A stretch of DNA of 64,000 bases from Candidatus Babeliales bacterium (GCA_963722075.1 CAVRJM010000001.1:704001-768000), one strand, 5' to 3'; counted from the stretch's first letter, positions 1 through 10,334 are shown. Notes: generated by a model from the letters alone, not told the origin. Numbers and translations: made by a program.

Positions 1-7
1 CTATGCA

Positions 8-202
8 TGTCATCCTGAACGAAGTGTAAGGATCCAGCAAATAAATCAAAACATTTTTCTCCGAACCTGGATTGCTTCGATCCGTCTTCGTTAATCCGGC
101 CGTCGCTAAAAGCTATGGCGGAGTAAACAACTACGCCGGACAGGCATGCTTCTTGACGGAATCCGGCGAAGCCTTGGCGAAGTCGGACGCATTCGCAACG
201 AC
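8..202. repeat. Palindromic intergenic element (family A arms GTCATCCTG...GGATCCAG / CTGGAT...GAC) with a 110-nt family B composite (81-190) in the right arm
   Basis: Left arm GTCATCCTGAACGAAGTGTAAGGATCCAG; 81-190 aligns end to end with 7297-7406 and 16663-16772. Confidence 0.85.
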
Positions 203-323
203 GTACATTAATAATTTTATACCATTTGAGCAAGATTTTTTGCTTAAATACTTATTATTTGGAACATCTGCCCGTCATCATCCCGGAGAAACAATGCAAG
301 GTTATTGTTAAATGAGAAACTAA

Positions 324-746
324 TTATGCTGAAACATCATGAAATTTTTGACCCATAAAGATAATAATGCGGGATATCTTTTTAAGTGGGCGGATGGATA
401 TAGAGCAATATTTATTTGGCTTTTCGAAGTTTAAGAGAGATTCAGAACCCTTAAATGCATTGGTTTGCCACCAACCAAGCCGCTCCATTTCTTCTTGATA
501 AAAGTTAGTTGCATGTTGATAATCAATCGGAACTTCATAGGTAATTAAAGAGCTCTCATCAACACAAGCACTATTATTAATATTTTGTACCAGTTGCGCA
601 TTCATAAGGACCGGTACATCATATAATTTTGCTTCTAAATGCTTACTTTGCCAGCGCTCAGAAAGAAGATCCTGATTATTTCGTTTACATGAGGAAAAAA
701 AAGCCAGGAATATAAAAAGCCCTGGCCACCATATTTTATTCAGCAT
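324..746 (-). CDS. Hypothetical lipoprotein
   Basis: Hydrophobic N-terminus ending in a lipobox-like FSSC; start overlaps the rplS stop. Confidence 0.7.
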   Translation of the reverse strand: MLNKIWWPGLFIFLAFFSSCKRNNQDLLSERWQSKHLEAKLYDVPVLMNAQLVQNINNSACVDESSLITYEVPIDYQHATNFYQEEMERLGWWQTNAFKGSESLLNFEKPNKYCSISIRPLKKISRIIIFMGQKFHDVSA

Positions 747-1168
747 TACTCAGCGATCATTTCTGTTTCACCAGGAACATTAGGAATAAAGTTGCTCTCT
801 TGGGATATTGCTTTCTTAGGCTGTACACGTGCTGCTTTACCTATACGTTTTCTCATATAGTATAATTTTGCGCGTCTTACCTTGCCGGAACGAACAAACT
901 TAATAGAAGCTATTAAGGGAGAGAAATAGGGGAAAATCTTTTCAACTGATACTGAATTTGCCCCAATACGGCGCACGGTAAAGGTTGTTGAAATACCACT
1001 ATTATTAAAGGCTATTACATCCCCTTCAAAATCTTGTAAGCGTTCTTTTTCGCCTTCTTTGATCTTTTGGGAAATAATAATAGTATCACCGATGGTAAAT
1101 GCGGGGAACTTACGGTCGATCATATCAACATTTTTAATGGTTTCTTTAGTATATTTTTTAGCCTTCAT
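746..1168 (-). CDS. rplS: 50S ribosomal protein L19
   Basis: KEGEKERLQDFEG, TFTVRR and GKVRRAKLYYMR motifs. Confidence 0.97.
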   Translation of the reverse strand: MKAKKYTKETIKNVDMIDRKFPAFTIGDTIIISQKIKEGEKERLQDFEGDVIAFNNSGISTTFTVRRIGANSVSVEKIFPYFSPLIASIKFVRSGKVRRAKLYYMRKRIGKAARVQPKKAISQESNFIPNVPGETEMIAE

Positions 1169-1334
1169 GGGGATTAATCCTTTGAATTATCTAGAAAAAA
1201 GCTCTTTAAAATTAGAAATATATATACTAGTATAGGGAAAAATTGCAATTATGCCAATATGGAGTCTTTATAAAAGAATCATTAAATTATTTCCTAATTG
1301 AATTTTTATATTAGAAATCCCAAGGGAGTCACTT

Positions 1335-2174
1335 ATGAAAGCCACCTATTTATTAATTTTGGTGTTTAATATATCAATGCTGACCGCAATGGAAAATGGT
1401 CATCATCAAAGCACGTATGTTGCAAATGATTTTTACTTTCATAAGAAATATAAGCTGCACCAAAATACCGATTTTTTTACCGTAGTTATAAACATTTTAA
1501 AAAGAAGAATAAAAAACTTTACCCAAAAGAAATTATGCAACGAATTTACTATTATTTCACAACATTCATTAGAAACAGTCCCCTCTATATCATTTACCAT
1601 AGAAGATATTAAAGAGGACCCGAAGAAAAAGCATCAGCGATTGATCATTGATATGCGTAATTATAACAAGGCAATTATTACTCCCTATTTGGCAGAACTT
1701 GAACAACTTAGGCATAAAAATAAATTGCTCGTAGAAATGGCACAAAGGGCTGAAAAACAGGGAGAAGAACTTACACAAGAATGGAAAAGTAGAATAAGTA
1801 AACTTGAACACATAGTGCTATTACAAAATGAGGCTGCAGGAAAAGACACAGAACTACTCAGTAAAGAATGGCAAAGAAGGTTAAACGAACTTAATGAAAA
1901 TCATAAAAAAGAACTTGTAGAATTCCAACAACAACATGATGATGAAATTATAAAATTAAATAAGCTTGTTAATTCTTATATGCATTCCGCTAAATCACCC
2001 GACACAACTCTTCAAATTGCTCAACCAATAAAAAGCAGTTTTCATCCTGCTCCAATTCAAAGTAACTTCTTCCAAAAACATCCTTACATAACTCCCTTAA
2101 CAACCTTATGCTTAGGCATCGCTGGTACGTTTGTATGGATGAAATATGCAGATCATTTAAAGAGCTTTTTATAA
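1335..2174 (+). CDS. Secreted coiled-coil protein with C-terminal TM helix
   Basis: Signal peptide ...MLTA|MEN, E/K/Q-rich helical middle, hydrophobic tail [23 protein letters not shown]. Confidence 0.75.
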   Translation: MKATYLLILVFNISMLTAMENGHHQSTYVANDFYFHKKYKLHQNTDFFTVVINILKRRIKNFTQKKLCNEFTIISQHSLETVPSISFTIEDIKEDPKKKHQRLIIDMRNYNKAIITPYLAELEQLRHKNKLLVEMAQRAEKQGEELTQEWKSRISKLEHIVLLQNEAAGKDTELLSKEWQRRLNELNENHKKELVEFQQQHDDEIIKLNKLVNSYMHSAKSPDTTLQIAQPIKSSFHPAPIQSNFFQKHPYITPLTTLCLGIAGTFVWMKYADHLKSFL

Positions 2175-3145
2175 TACCCAAAGCCTTCTTTTTCTGGATC
2201 TTCAACGGGAATAAACCGCATTGCGGCGGAATTCATACAATAACGCAATCCCGTTGGCGCCGGGCCATCATTAAATACATGTCCTAAATGAGAATCACCT
2301 TTTTTACTGCGTACCTCAGTTCGCGGAGAAATTCCGGTCGTATCTTCCTTTTGAATAATATTCTTTGGTTCAATTGGTTGAGTAAAACTTGGCCACCCAG
2401 TACCCGAATCATATTTATCTAAAGAACTAAAAAGTGGTTCACCAGTAACAACGTCAACATATATGCCCGGTCTTTTATTATCCCAGTATTCATTATCAAA
2501 TGGCTTTTCAGTTTGATCTAATTGCGTAACTTCGTATTGCAGTGGTGTTAACTTCTTTTGCAATTCTTGTTCAGAAGATGATGTCGGTTGCTTTTCAATC
2601 TTATTTGCCCATGCTTGGCTAATAAAACTATCACGCCCAGAATTGGATCGATATAATGAATAGCCCTGAGGATTTTTTTTATAATAATCTTGGTGATATT
2701 CTTCGGCCTTATAAAATGGGGATTCTTTGAGAATTTCAGTAACAATCGGTTTTTTAAATCTACCTGATTGTTGTAATTCTTGTTTTGATTTTTCAGCGAG
2801 TTCCTTTTGATGCTCATCATGATAAAAAATAGCTGATCTATAGTGTGGCCCTCGATCAACAAATTGCCCGCCAGAATCAGTGGGATCAATCTGCTGCCAA
2901 AAAGTATCAAGTAATTTTTCATATGAGATTATGGATGGGTCATAAATAATTTGATTGGCCTCAATATGACCCTTTTGAGCATAATCATTGTAGGTGGGAT
3001 TTTCTCCGGTGCCACCCGTATAACCAGCAACCACACTCACCACACCGTTTAATTTTTCAAACGGTGATTGCATACACCAAAAACAACCACCAGCAAACGT
3101 AGCTTTTTCAAGCTTTTTATTAGTATCCGTTGTATTAGCTACCAT
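2153..3145 (-). CDS. msrAB: Bifunctional peptide methionine sulfoxide reductase MsrA/MsrB
   Basis: MsrA GGCFWC and AEEYHQDYY; MsrB GTGWPSF, HLGHVF and RYCMNS. Confidence 0.96.
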   Translation of the reverse strand: MVANTTDTNKKLEKATFAGGCFWCMQSPFEKLNGVVSVVAGYTGGTGENPTYNDYAQKGHIEANQIIYDPSIISYEKLLDTFWQQIDPTDSGGQFVDRGPHYRSAIFYHDEHQKELAEKSKQELQQSGRFKKPIVTEILKESPFYKAEEYHQDYYKKNPQGYSLYRSNSGRDSFISQAWANKIEKQPTSSSEQELQKKLTPLQYEVTQLDQTEKPFDNEYWDNKRPGIYVDVVTGEPLFSSLDKYDSGTGWPSFTQPIEPKNIIQKEDTTGISPRTEVRSKKGDSHLGHVFNDGPAPTGLRYCMNSAAMRFIPVEDPEKEGFGYYKKLFK

Positions 3146-3456
3146 CGTATCACCTCTCTACAAAACTAAAAACGGGCGAATAGAAATTTGAATATTAGTT
3201 ATTGAGTACAATACAAAATTGTATACGGTCATTGCAATTAAGAAATATATAAAATCATACTGTTACTCGATTTAAATAAAGGCTTTGATATAATTTAAGT
3301 AAAATTCTATAAATTGGGGTAACGGGAGCATCCTTAGATGCTCAATTAATTAAATTGATTATCTGCAATTATATTTATTTCTTACGCATATTTCTTAACC
3401 GTATGCTTGGAAAAAACTAATATCTATTTTTTAACCACTATTTTTTGAGGAATTCA

Positions 3457-5325
3457 ATGAATTACAATTATAATTATAATGTTGTTCGTTTTTGCTTTTT
3501 TATATTATTACTTTTTCATCATGCATGCTCAAGCTGTGAGGCATCCGATCGTTGTCATTCGGGTTTAAGCACATCGGTTATAACAAAAAATGAAGAGCGG
3601 GATTTGGAGCTTTTTGACTCTCTTAACCAGTCTCATCAAGGCATTTTTTCGGTTTTTGATAAAACCTACACTGCATCAGGTAAATTACGCTTGATGTATC
3701 ATTTAAAAAACCCAACAACTGATGTTTCACTTCTTAAATTACGGCAAGAGCAGATTAAGTTTTTACTTGAAAATCCTACATTACTTGAAGAAATAAAAGG
3801 ACTGCTTGCACGCATTAAAGCTGCTGAACCCGATCTATTATATTTTATTAATAACCAAGAAGATCCGGTTGCGCATACTATTATTGATACCTTCTACTTC
3901 AAGAATACCCTGTTAAAAGATTTAAATGAAAGTAGTATTGCTCTTGATGTACGTAACTACCTAAAGCAGCTTGGCTTATTTAGCCCGGTAATTGAGCATC
4001 TCGTGTTTCATTTTGCTCTTTCCTTTATTCAGGAAAAATTAACGCAGAATCCTACTGAGCATCACCACCATCATCACGATCATGAGGCTCATCATGATCA
4101 CGCCCATAGCAATTGCTCTCATTATTGCGTAAGTAGTCTTAAAGCACCCGCTGATTCTTCAACTTTTGTTAAAGGTGCTTTTACTGCATTAAAAGCTGCT
4201 CACTTTGGCATGCACTTACTGGGTATCAAGGAAATGATTCAGCAAATGGGCGCAGAATTAGCTGTCGTAAATCAACTGTATAAAAAAGTTGCCTCGGTAA
4301 AAGAAGGTCTCCATGCAATTATTACGTTACATAATCGTATGCAAGAGAGTAATTATGTATACAATTCCTTCGCCTCTCAGCTGGTAGATAGTGATACTCT
4401 TAACATTGAATCAAATATAAAATTTTTTGCTCCGCTTCTTGATAGTACCTATTTTGACAGCAACAGCTCACTAGGATATTTCTCTCCTATTGGTAACACC
4501 GTATACAACTATCAGCTACTCAAGAATAATGCGAGTTTATTGCAATCTTTTATGGCAGCTGTAGCAGATATAGATGCACTGGTTTCTATTGTCGAATGGT
4601 GTAAAGAACAGACAACTAAAAAAGCGCCTGTTTGTTTTGTAGATTTTGTTACTGGGGTTTGTACACCGGTTATTGTACTAGAAGGCATGCGGCATGTGGG
4701 GCTTTCTCCAGACGATGCAGTTATGAATGATATTGAATTGAGTGCTGATAAAGGGGCTTATAAGTTTATTATCACCGGTCCGAATAAGTCAGGTAAATCG
4801 ACCATTATAAAAGCAGTAGGTCTCAATATTATTCTTGCACAAACTTTTGGTATTGCCGCGGCACATAATGCAAAAATTACCGTGTTTCGTAAATTATTAA
4901 CGTACATCACCATAACTGATGATATAGTACAAGATCGTTCACTGTTTGTGGCTGAATTATTACGTGCAGAAGAATGCATCCAGGCATTACAATCATTACC
5001 AACAGATGAGCTTGCGTGTATATTACTTGACGATTCATTATTTAAAGGTACCAGCCTTGAGAAATCGCAGGATATAGCACTTCGTTTTTTAATTAAGATA
5101 GGTAGTTATTCTAATAGTTGTGCTCTCATTGCTACTCACTGTGCTGCATTGACACAATTGGAGGAAGAAAACCCTACTATTTTTAAGAATTATCGCATTA
5201 AGATAGGCGCTGATGCACAGGGTAACGCCGAAAGTCTATTTATATTAGAAGAAGGGATTGCTAATCAAGCAGCTGTTTTTGATGTTATTAAAGGACAGCG
5301 CACGGCTTCTTTTTTAGATAACTAA
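3457..5325 (+). CDS. MutS-related ATPase (core and domain V only) with signal-like N-terminus and His-rich insert
   Basis: Walker A GPNKSGKST, SLFVAEL, ATH and L-EG motifs of MutS domain V; ATG 3457 follows GAGG. Confidence 0.85.
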   Translation: MNYNYNYNVVRFCFFILLLFHHACSSCEASDRCHSGLSTSVITKNEERDLELFDSLNQSHQGIFSVFDKTYTASGKLRLMYHLKNPTTDVSLLKLRQEQIKFLLENPTLLEEIKGLLARIKAAEPDLLYFINNQEDPVAHTIIDTFYFKNTLLKDLNESSIALDVRNYLKQLGLFSPVIEHLVFHFALSFIQEKLTQNPTEHHHHHHDHEAHHDHAHSNCSHYCVSSLKAPADSSTFVKGAFTALKAAHFGMHLLGIKEMIQQMGAELAVVNQLYKKVASVKEGLHAIITLHNRMQESNYVYNSFASQLVDSDTLNIESNIKFFAPLLDSTYFDSNSSLGYFSPIGNTVYNYQLLKNNASLLQSFMAAVADIDALVSIVEWCKEQTTKKAPVCFVDFVTGVCTPVIVLEGMRHVGLSPDDAVMNDIELSADKGAYKFIITGPNKSGKSTIIKAVGLNIILAQTFGIAAAHNAKITVFRKLLTYITITDDIVQDRSLFVAELLRAEECIQALQSLPTDELACILLDDSLFKGTSLEKSQDIALRFLIKIGSYSNSCALIATHCAALTQLEEENPTIFKNYRIKIGADAQGNAESLFILEEGIANQAAVFDVIKGQRTASFLDN

Positions 5326-5342
5326 ATATATAAATGAATGAC

Positions 5343-5381
5343 ATGAAGCAAAAAATACTTTTGCCTGTTTTTTTGCTTCAT
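5343..5381. terminator. Hairpin between convergent genes, possible bidirectional terminator
   Basis: ATGAAGCAAAAAA...TTTTTTGCTTCAT inverted repeat. Confidence 0.45.
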
Positions 5382-6691
5382 CAGAGGTCCATTTTGGATA
5401 TATTGATTCCCAGCCAACGGTCAAAAATGATGGCCGCTGCTGAACGTACCGATAAATGATTAAAGGAAGAGAACCCTTCAATAGGAAGAAATAAATAATC
5501 ACATCTTTCTATTACTGATGGTGCTAAACCACGTCCTGTACCAAATATAAATAGCACCGGGCGTTTTTCATGCCACACCTTAGATTGATCATAATAAGTA
5601 ATAGAAGGAGCACCCTGCTCATTAGTATGTGCTGAAGTTGCTATGATAATTGGCTTTTTATCTTCTTTTTGCTCGATAGTCTTAATAGCCTCATCTAACG
5701 ATGAAACTACGTGCACGGCATTCACTGCTTGATGGCGATGGGGATTATAATCGATGCCCACGCCTGTTTTCCAAAATTCAAGAAGTCGATTAACAATTTT
5801 TTGTTGGTCTATTAAAGGCGTAACAATAAAATATTCTTTAATGCCATACGTTTTTGCCGAACGTGCAATATCATGAATATCTAAGGAAGTTACTGAGGTT
5901 GTTCCTTTTTGATCATGCGGCAAAAGAATCTCATCATGCATTAATACACAATAATGTGGGGGAATATATGCTTGAGCAATCGATCGTTGCTTTGCTGATG
6001 TTGGATACGAGCGTAACCATTCAAAATGATGTAACACGGTTTTTTGAGCTGCCTGTTCCTGCCGCCACTGTTCAATTTTTTCATGATTACCTGAGCGAAC
6101 TATCTCAGGCACTTGATGCCCCTTCCAGACTACCGGTGCTGTGTATTCAGGATAATCAACAAAGGGTCCTGAAAATGATTCTCGTTCAATAGATTCTTTT
6201 TTTCCTACCACCTCTGGCAATAATCGTACCATTCCTTCTAACAGCACCATGGCTGCCAAATCGCCTGCCATAATAACAAAATCACCCAGAGAAACGGTAA
6301 GATCTTCATACTCCAATTCAACACGTGCATCCATCCCTTCATAGCGGGCCGGAAACAGCATAAGATGATTCGTTTCTTGTGCTTTTTTTGTTATATACGC
6401 TAAAAGTGGTTGATTAAGTTTTTTGCCTTGAGGCGAAAAAAAAACTCTAAACCCACGCCCATACTTGCTCTCCTGGTTGGTAACAAATTGCTCAACAAGA
6501 TCCGGGCGCAAAAGCATTCCTGGGCCGGGGCCAAACGTGGGGGAATCAATACGTTCTTTAGGTTGTACTAAAGAAAAATAAGAAATAATATCATAATGAA
6601 CTAACGATTTTTCTTGAGAACGACCCATAAGACTCGTTTTTAAAAAAACATCATATAGATCAGGAAAAACCGTAATAAGAGAAATATTCAC
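5381..6691 (-). CDS. trmD: tRNA (guanine-N1)-methyltransferase TrmD fused to a C-terminal SPOUT methyltransferase (DUF2168-like)
   Basis: GPGPGMLL, RYEGMDARV, YPEYTAP and SGNHEKI in the N-half; TSVTSLDIHDIARSAKTYG, FGTGRGL and NHLSVRSAAAIIFDR in the C-half. Confidence 0.92.
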   Translation of the reverse strand: MNISLITVFPDLYDVFLKTSLMGRSQEKSLVHYDIISYFSLVQPKERIDSPTFGPGPGMLLRPDLVEQFVTNQESKYGRGFRVFFSPQGKKLNQPLLAYITKKAQETNHLMLFPARYEGMDARVELEYEDLTVSLGDFVIMAGDLAAMVLLEGMVRLLPEVVGKKESIERESFSGPFVDYPEYTAPVVWKGHQVPEIVRSGNHEKIEQWRQEQAAQKTVLHHFEWLRSYPTSAKQRSIAQAYIPPHYCVLMHDEILLPHDQKGTTSVTSLDIHDIARSAKTYGIKEYFIVTPLIDQQKIVNRLLEFWKTGVGIDYNPHRHQAVNAVHVVSSLDEAIKTIEQKEDKKPIIIATSAHTNEQGAPSITYYDQSKVWHEKRPVLFIFGTGRGLAPSVIERCDYLFLPIEGFSSFNHLSVRSAAAIIFDRWLGINISKMDL

Positions 6692-6924
6692 TGAGTACTA
6701 TCTAAATTAATTTCAATATTGTCGCGGCTATCTATACTATTAACTAAAGCACGAATTGCTCGTACTACACGCCCTTCTTTACCGATAATTCGCTTAAGAT
6801 CAGGATGGGCTACTCGTACTTCTATAATAGTCTTAGGACCTGAATCAGGTTTTTCTCTTACAAGAACTAGCTGTGGGTTATCTACCAACTGCTTTACAAT
6901 ATATTCAACAAGATCGGTTACCAT
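6688..6924 (-). CDS. khpA: KH-domain RNA-binding protein (KhpA/YlqC)
   Basis: LVEYIVKQLVDNP and IIGKEGR (GxxG); canonical position after rpsP. Confidence 0.9.
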   Translation of the reverse strand: MVTDLVEYIVKQLVDNPQLVLVREKPDSGPKTIIEVRVAHPDLKRIIGKEGRVVRAIRALVNSIDSRDNIEINLDSTQ

Positions 6925-6935
6925 TCTATCCTATA

Positions 6936-7193
6936 TTATGCCGCAGCTGTCTTTTGCTTATTATATTTTTTTTGTAATTTAGAAACTGATTCAGTTGGAA
7001 TAGCACCTTTAGAAATCCAATCATTGATTCGCTCTTGATGGAATTGGATAATTTCACCCGTAAGCGGGTTATACGTACCAAGATCCTCAATAAACATCCC
7101 ATCCCTTTTTCTGCGAGAATCGATCGCTACAATTCTATAAAATGGGGCCTTTTTTTTGCCAATGCGCGATAGACGTATCTTAACGGCCATCAA
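6936..7193 (-). CDS. rpsP: 30S ribosomal protein S16
   Basis: MAVKIRLSRIGKKKAPFYRIVAIDSR...GTYNP. Confidence 0.97.
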   Translation of the reverse strand: MMAVKIRLSRIGKKKAPFYRIVAIDSRRKRDGMFIEDLGTYNPLTGEIIQFHQERINDWISKGAIPTESVSKLQKKYNKQKTAAA

Positions 7194-7285
7194 TAATTCC
7201 TTTCAATAAGTGTACTATTTAGATAAGGTAAATATACCATAAATACTCTTTTTTTCAAATGTTAACCAAAATGAGGTATTAATTA

Positions 7286-7463
7286 ATGGATTCCCATCCG
7301 TCTACGTTAATCCAGCCGTCACTAAAAGCTATGGCGGAGTAAATAACTACGCCGGACAGGCATGCTGTTAACGGAATCCGGCGAAGCCATAGGCGAAGTC
7401 GGACGCGTTCGGAATGACAATCAGAACGACAATTGTCATGGCGAATTTGCGCTGAGCTTCCAT
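7286..7463. repeat. Family A arms (tail to tail) with 110-nt family B composite at 7297-7406
   Basis: ATGGATTCCC[B]GTTCGGAATGACA followed by a degenerate TGTCAT...TCCAT arm. Confidence 0.85.
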
Positions 7464-7501
7464 TAATAAAATCATTCATCTTGATATATTTTCTATTTGA
7501 A

Positions 7502-8839
7502 TTAAAACATGCCGGGCATGCGTCCAAGTTTTTTGAACATCTTTAAAAATTGCTGACTTTTTTCAAATTTATCCAAGAATTCATGTATCTGCGTCACGCT
7601 AACGCCCGCCCCTTTAGCAATACGCTGTTTTCGAGATCCATTCAGTATTTGTGGGCAAAGCCGTTCTTTTTTATTCATCGAATTAATAATTGCCTGAAAT
7701 CGTTTTAACTCAGCTTCTCCTTTTTCAATCATTTCTGGAGAAATTTGTTTGGTTGAAACACCAGGTAGATAGTTCATGATCTGAGAAAGCGAGCCCATTT
7801 TATTAACCATCTGCAACTGTGTTGCAAAGTCCTGAAGGGTCATTTTTCCTTTATGAATTGAGCGCTCTAAGGCATCATGATCAGTTTGTTTTATTTTTTC
7901 TTGTGCTTGTTCAATAAGCGTTTGAATATCACCCATTCCTAATATGCGACTTGCCATTCGTTCAGCACGGCAATATTCCAAATCAGTAACTTTCTCACCA
8001 CTTCCCATAAAAACGATCGGTTTTTTTATAACATAGCGAAAAGCAAAGGCAGCGCCACCACGCGTCTGACTATCCATTTTGGTTAAAATAGCACCAGTAA
8101 ATCCAATACTATCTTCAAATGCTTGCGCAATACGCAATGATTCTTGCCCGGTCATAGCATCAAGTACTAAATATTTGTATTTAGGTTCAATTTTTTCATC
8201 AATAAGCTGTAATTCGCGTAGCATCGTATTATCAATATGCATTCTACCTGCAGTATCAAAAATCAAATGCTCAAACCCATTATTTTTATAATAATTATAG
8301 ATATCTTGAGTGGCCGCAAGAACTTCTTTATAGGCAGATCGGTAAAAAACCACCTCTAATTGCGCGGCTAAAATTTCTAATTGATCAAGAGCTGCTGGAC
8401 GGTAAAAATCTACTGAAGCAAGTAGAATCTTTCTTTTTTTGCCTCTTTTTTCCGCTTGCTTTTGAATAAAATAGGCTAATTTAGCAGCCGTCGTTGTTTT
8501 TCCTGAACCTTGCAAACCCATGAGCATTATTACTGAAGGGATCTGAAACGTAATGGTGTCAGGCCCACTCGTGCCCCCTAATAACGCCACAAATTTATCA
8601 TTAATAATTTTTATTAATTGTTCACCCGGCTTTATTGAACTGGTAATTAACTTTTGTCCCACCACTTCAGCGGTTACTTCTTGTATAAAAGTCTCAACCA
8701 GCTGATAAGGCACATCGGCTTCTAATAATGCCTCTTTTACCTTTTGTAAGGTATCCTGAATATTATGCTCAGTTAATTTATGTTGGCCGGTTAACCGAGA
8801 AAAGAGATGAGAAAATTTATTAGATAAGAAATCGAACAT
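7502..8839 (-). CDS. ffh: Signal recognition particle protein
   Basis: ALLEADV, GLQGSGKTT, DTAGR and TKMD motifs; Met-rich M domain. Confidence 0.97.
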   Translation of the reverse strand: MFDFLSNKFSHLFSRLTGQHKLTEHNIQDTLQKVKEALLEADVPYQLVETFIQEVTAEVVGQKLITSSIKPGEQLIKIINDKFVALLGGTSGPDTITFQIPSVIMLMGLQGSGKTTTAAKLAYFIQKQAEKRGKKRKILLASVDFYRPAALDQLEILAAQLEVVFYRSAYKEVLAATQDIYNYYKNNGFEHLIFDTAGRMHIDNTMLRELQLIDEKIEPKYKYLVLDAMTGQESLRIAQAFEDSIGFTGAILTKMDSQTRGGAAFAFRYVIKKPIVFMGSGEKVTDLEYCRAERMASRILGMGDIQTLIEQAQEKIKQTDHDALERSIHKGKMTLQDFATQLQMVNKMGSLSQIMNYLPGVSTKQISPEMIEKGEAELKRFQAIINSMNKKERLCPQILNGSRKQRIAKGAGVSVTQIHEFLDKFEKSQQFLKMFKKLGRMPGMF

Positions 8840-8848
8840 ATAGGTTAC

Positions 8849-9184
8849 TCAATATAAAGCTTTAAGAATAAAATGAATACTAACCAAAGTTAACGCGCAT
8901 GTTGAAATTGCAGGCAATATAGTTTTTTTATATTTTGCATACGATGATTGTGTTTTTTTACTTAATTGCTCTAAATTACATGATTTTATTTCTTTTAATG
9001 AAAACTCATTAGCATTCTTGTTTGGTATTTTTTTTAACTTTTTTTTAGTTTTTTGTAATGAGCAATAAGCACCATAGCCAAAGGCCATCCCTATGCCCGA
9101 AAAAATAACAGAATCTATTATGCAATAAACTGATGAAGAACAAAGTAAGATAGATAAAAATAATAAGGTTTTCTTTAATAACAT
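8849..9184 (-). CDS. Hypothetical membrane protein
   Basis: N-terminal signal/TM segments and a C-terminal hydrophobic helix; 9 nt upstream of ffh. Confidence 0.6.
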   Translation of the reverse strand: MLLKKTLLFLSILLCSSSVYCIIDSVIFSGIGMAFGYGAYCSLQKTKKKLKKIPNKNANEFSLKEIKSCNLEQLSKKTQSSYAKYKKTILPAISTCALTLVSIHFILKALY

Positions 9185-9335
9185 ACAGTTTCCTATAAAA
9201 TATTATTTTTTATTTTACCAATTGTATCAAATATCACAAGGAACATATTGTCCCTTTTTTAAACTCTTGCGATAACCATTAAAAAAAAGTTACTATTAAA
9301 CATATATTTTCTTTAAAAGGGACAAAAAGGGGAAT

Positions 9336-10334
9336 ATGGGACAATCAATAATGAATGCTATTCAGCATTCAAAAATTATCCAATCAGGGGCCGATTACGT
9401 TAAACGATTAGGAAATCATTTTTCAATTGCCCTACTCAATCCTATTTGTAAATTTTTTAGTATTCCTTCCGTGGATGGTATTATTGGCTATAAAACGTTC
9501 GCCAATTGTGCCATTGTGATGGGGGATCCGTTATGTAACAACCCTGAAGATATTCCTACGCTTACCATGGCCTTCCATGATTATTGCCAAAAGTACAAAA
9601 ATATTATTTACGTAGTTACCTCTGAAAATTTTACCAATTGGTCGTTAAATAATACCTGTACTCTTGCACTTCAAATTGGTAATGAGCTTATTTTAGATCC
9701 TCGCATTAATTATAAAGAACGTTCTGGAAGAAAAGCATCTCAATTGCGTAATAAATTTAATCAATCAATTCGCTGTGGTCTTGTAGTTAACGAGTATAAA
9801 GAGCACAATGCGCAGTTAGAAAAGGAAATCGAACAAGCAGGAGCCAGCTGGCTTAATAACCGATCGGGAATACAGCTTTTTAATTTACCCATCAACATTT
9901 TTGCTGGTCGTTCAGGTAAACGATGGTTTTATGCGCAACATAATAATAAAGTAGTGGGTATCCTTATTCTTAATAAATTAGAATTTTATCAAGGATGGGT
10001 ACTTAATGTGGTAATGCTAACACCCGACGCTCCTAACACCACCTCAGAATTCTTAGTCTTAAACATGTTAGAAACATTACGGGCCGAAGGATGTCCTTTT
10101 TTTTCAGTAGGAACACTGCCTACCGCTCAACTAGGACGTATAGAAGGATTTGGTACCATTGGCCAAAATCTAGTACAATGCTCATTTAAAGTTACTCAAT
10201 TACTACAATTACATGAACGGCAACGCTATTGGCAAAAATTCCAACCCGAGAGTAAACCCTCTTTTCTTCTTTTTAGCAAACCACGTATCCGACTCCGTGA
10301 AGCCTGGGCTATTGTGCGGGCATTCAGTTCATAA
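9336..10334 (+). CDS. Stand-alone MprF C-terminal-like (DUF2156) aminoacyl-transferase domain protein
   Basis: MGDPLC, GRKASQLRNK, PDAPNTTSEFL, FSVGTLP and QKFQP resemble the phosphatidylglycerol lysyltransferase C-terminal domain. Confidence 0.75.
   Translation: MGQSIMNAIQHSKIIQSGADYVKRLGNHFSIALLNPICKFFSIPSVDGIIGYKTFANCAIVMGDPLCNNPEDIPTLTMAFHDYCQKYKNIIYVVTSENFTNWSLNNTCTLALQIGNELILDPRINYKERSGRKASQLRNKFNQSIRCGLVVNEYKEHNAQLEKEIEQAGASWLNNRSGIQLFNLPINIFAGRSGKRWFYAQHNNKVVGILILNKLEFYQGWVLNVVMLTPDAPNTTSEFLVLNMLETLRAEGCPFFSVGTLPTAQLGRIEGFGTIGQNLVQCSFKVTQLLQLHERQRYWQKFQPESKPSFLLFSKPRIRLREAWAIVRAFSS

Noticed and set aside
72..311. 79-aa ORF (and similar ORFs 7279-7527 and 16695-16877)
   Set aside because: They are translations of the GC-rich nested repeat, with no RBS or protein features.
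3314..3400. Hairpin GAGCATC-CTTA-GATGCTC upstream of the His-rich MutS-like gene as a riboswitch
   Set aside because: Only one short stem; I could not match it to a known aptamer consensus. An Rfam scan would be needed.
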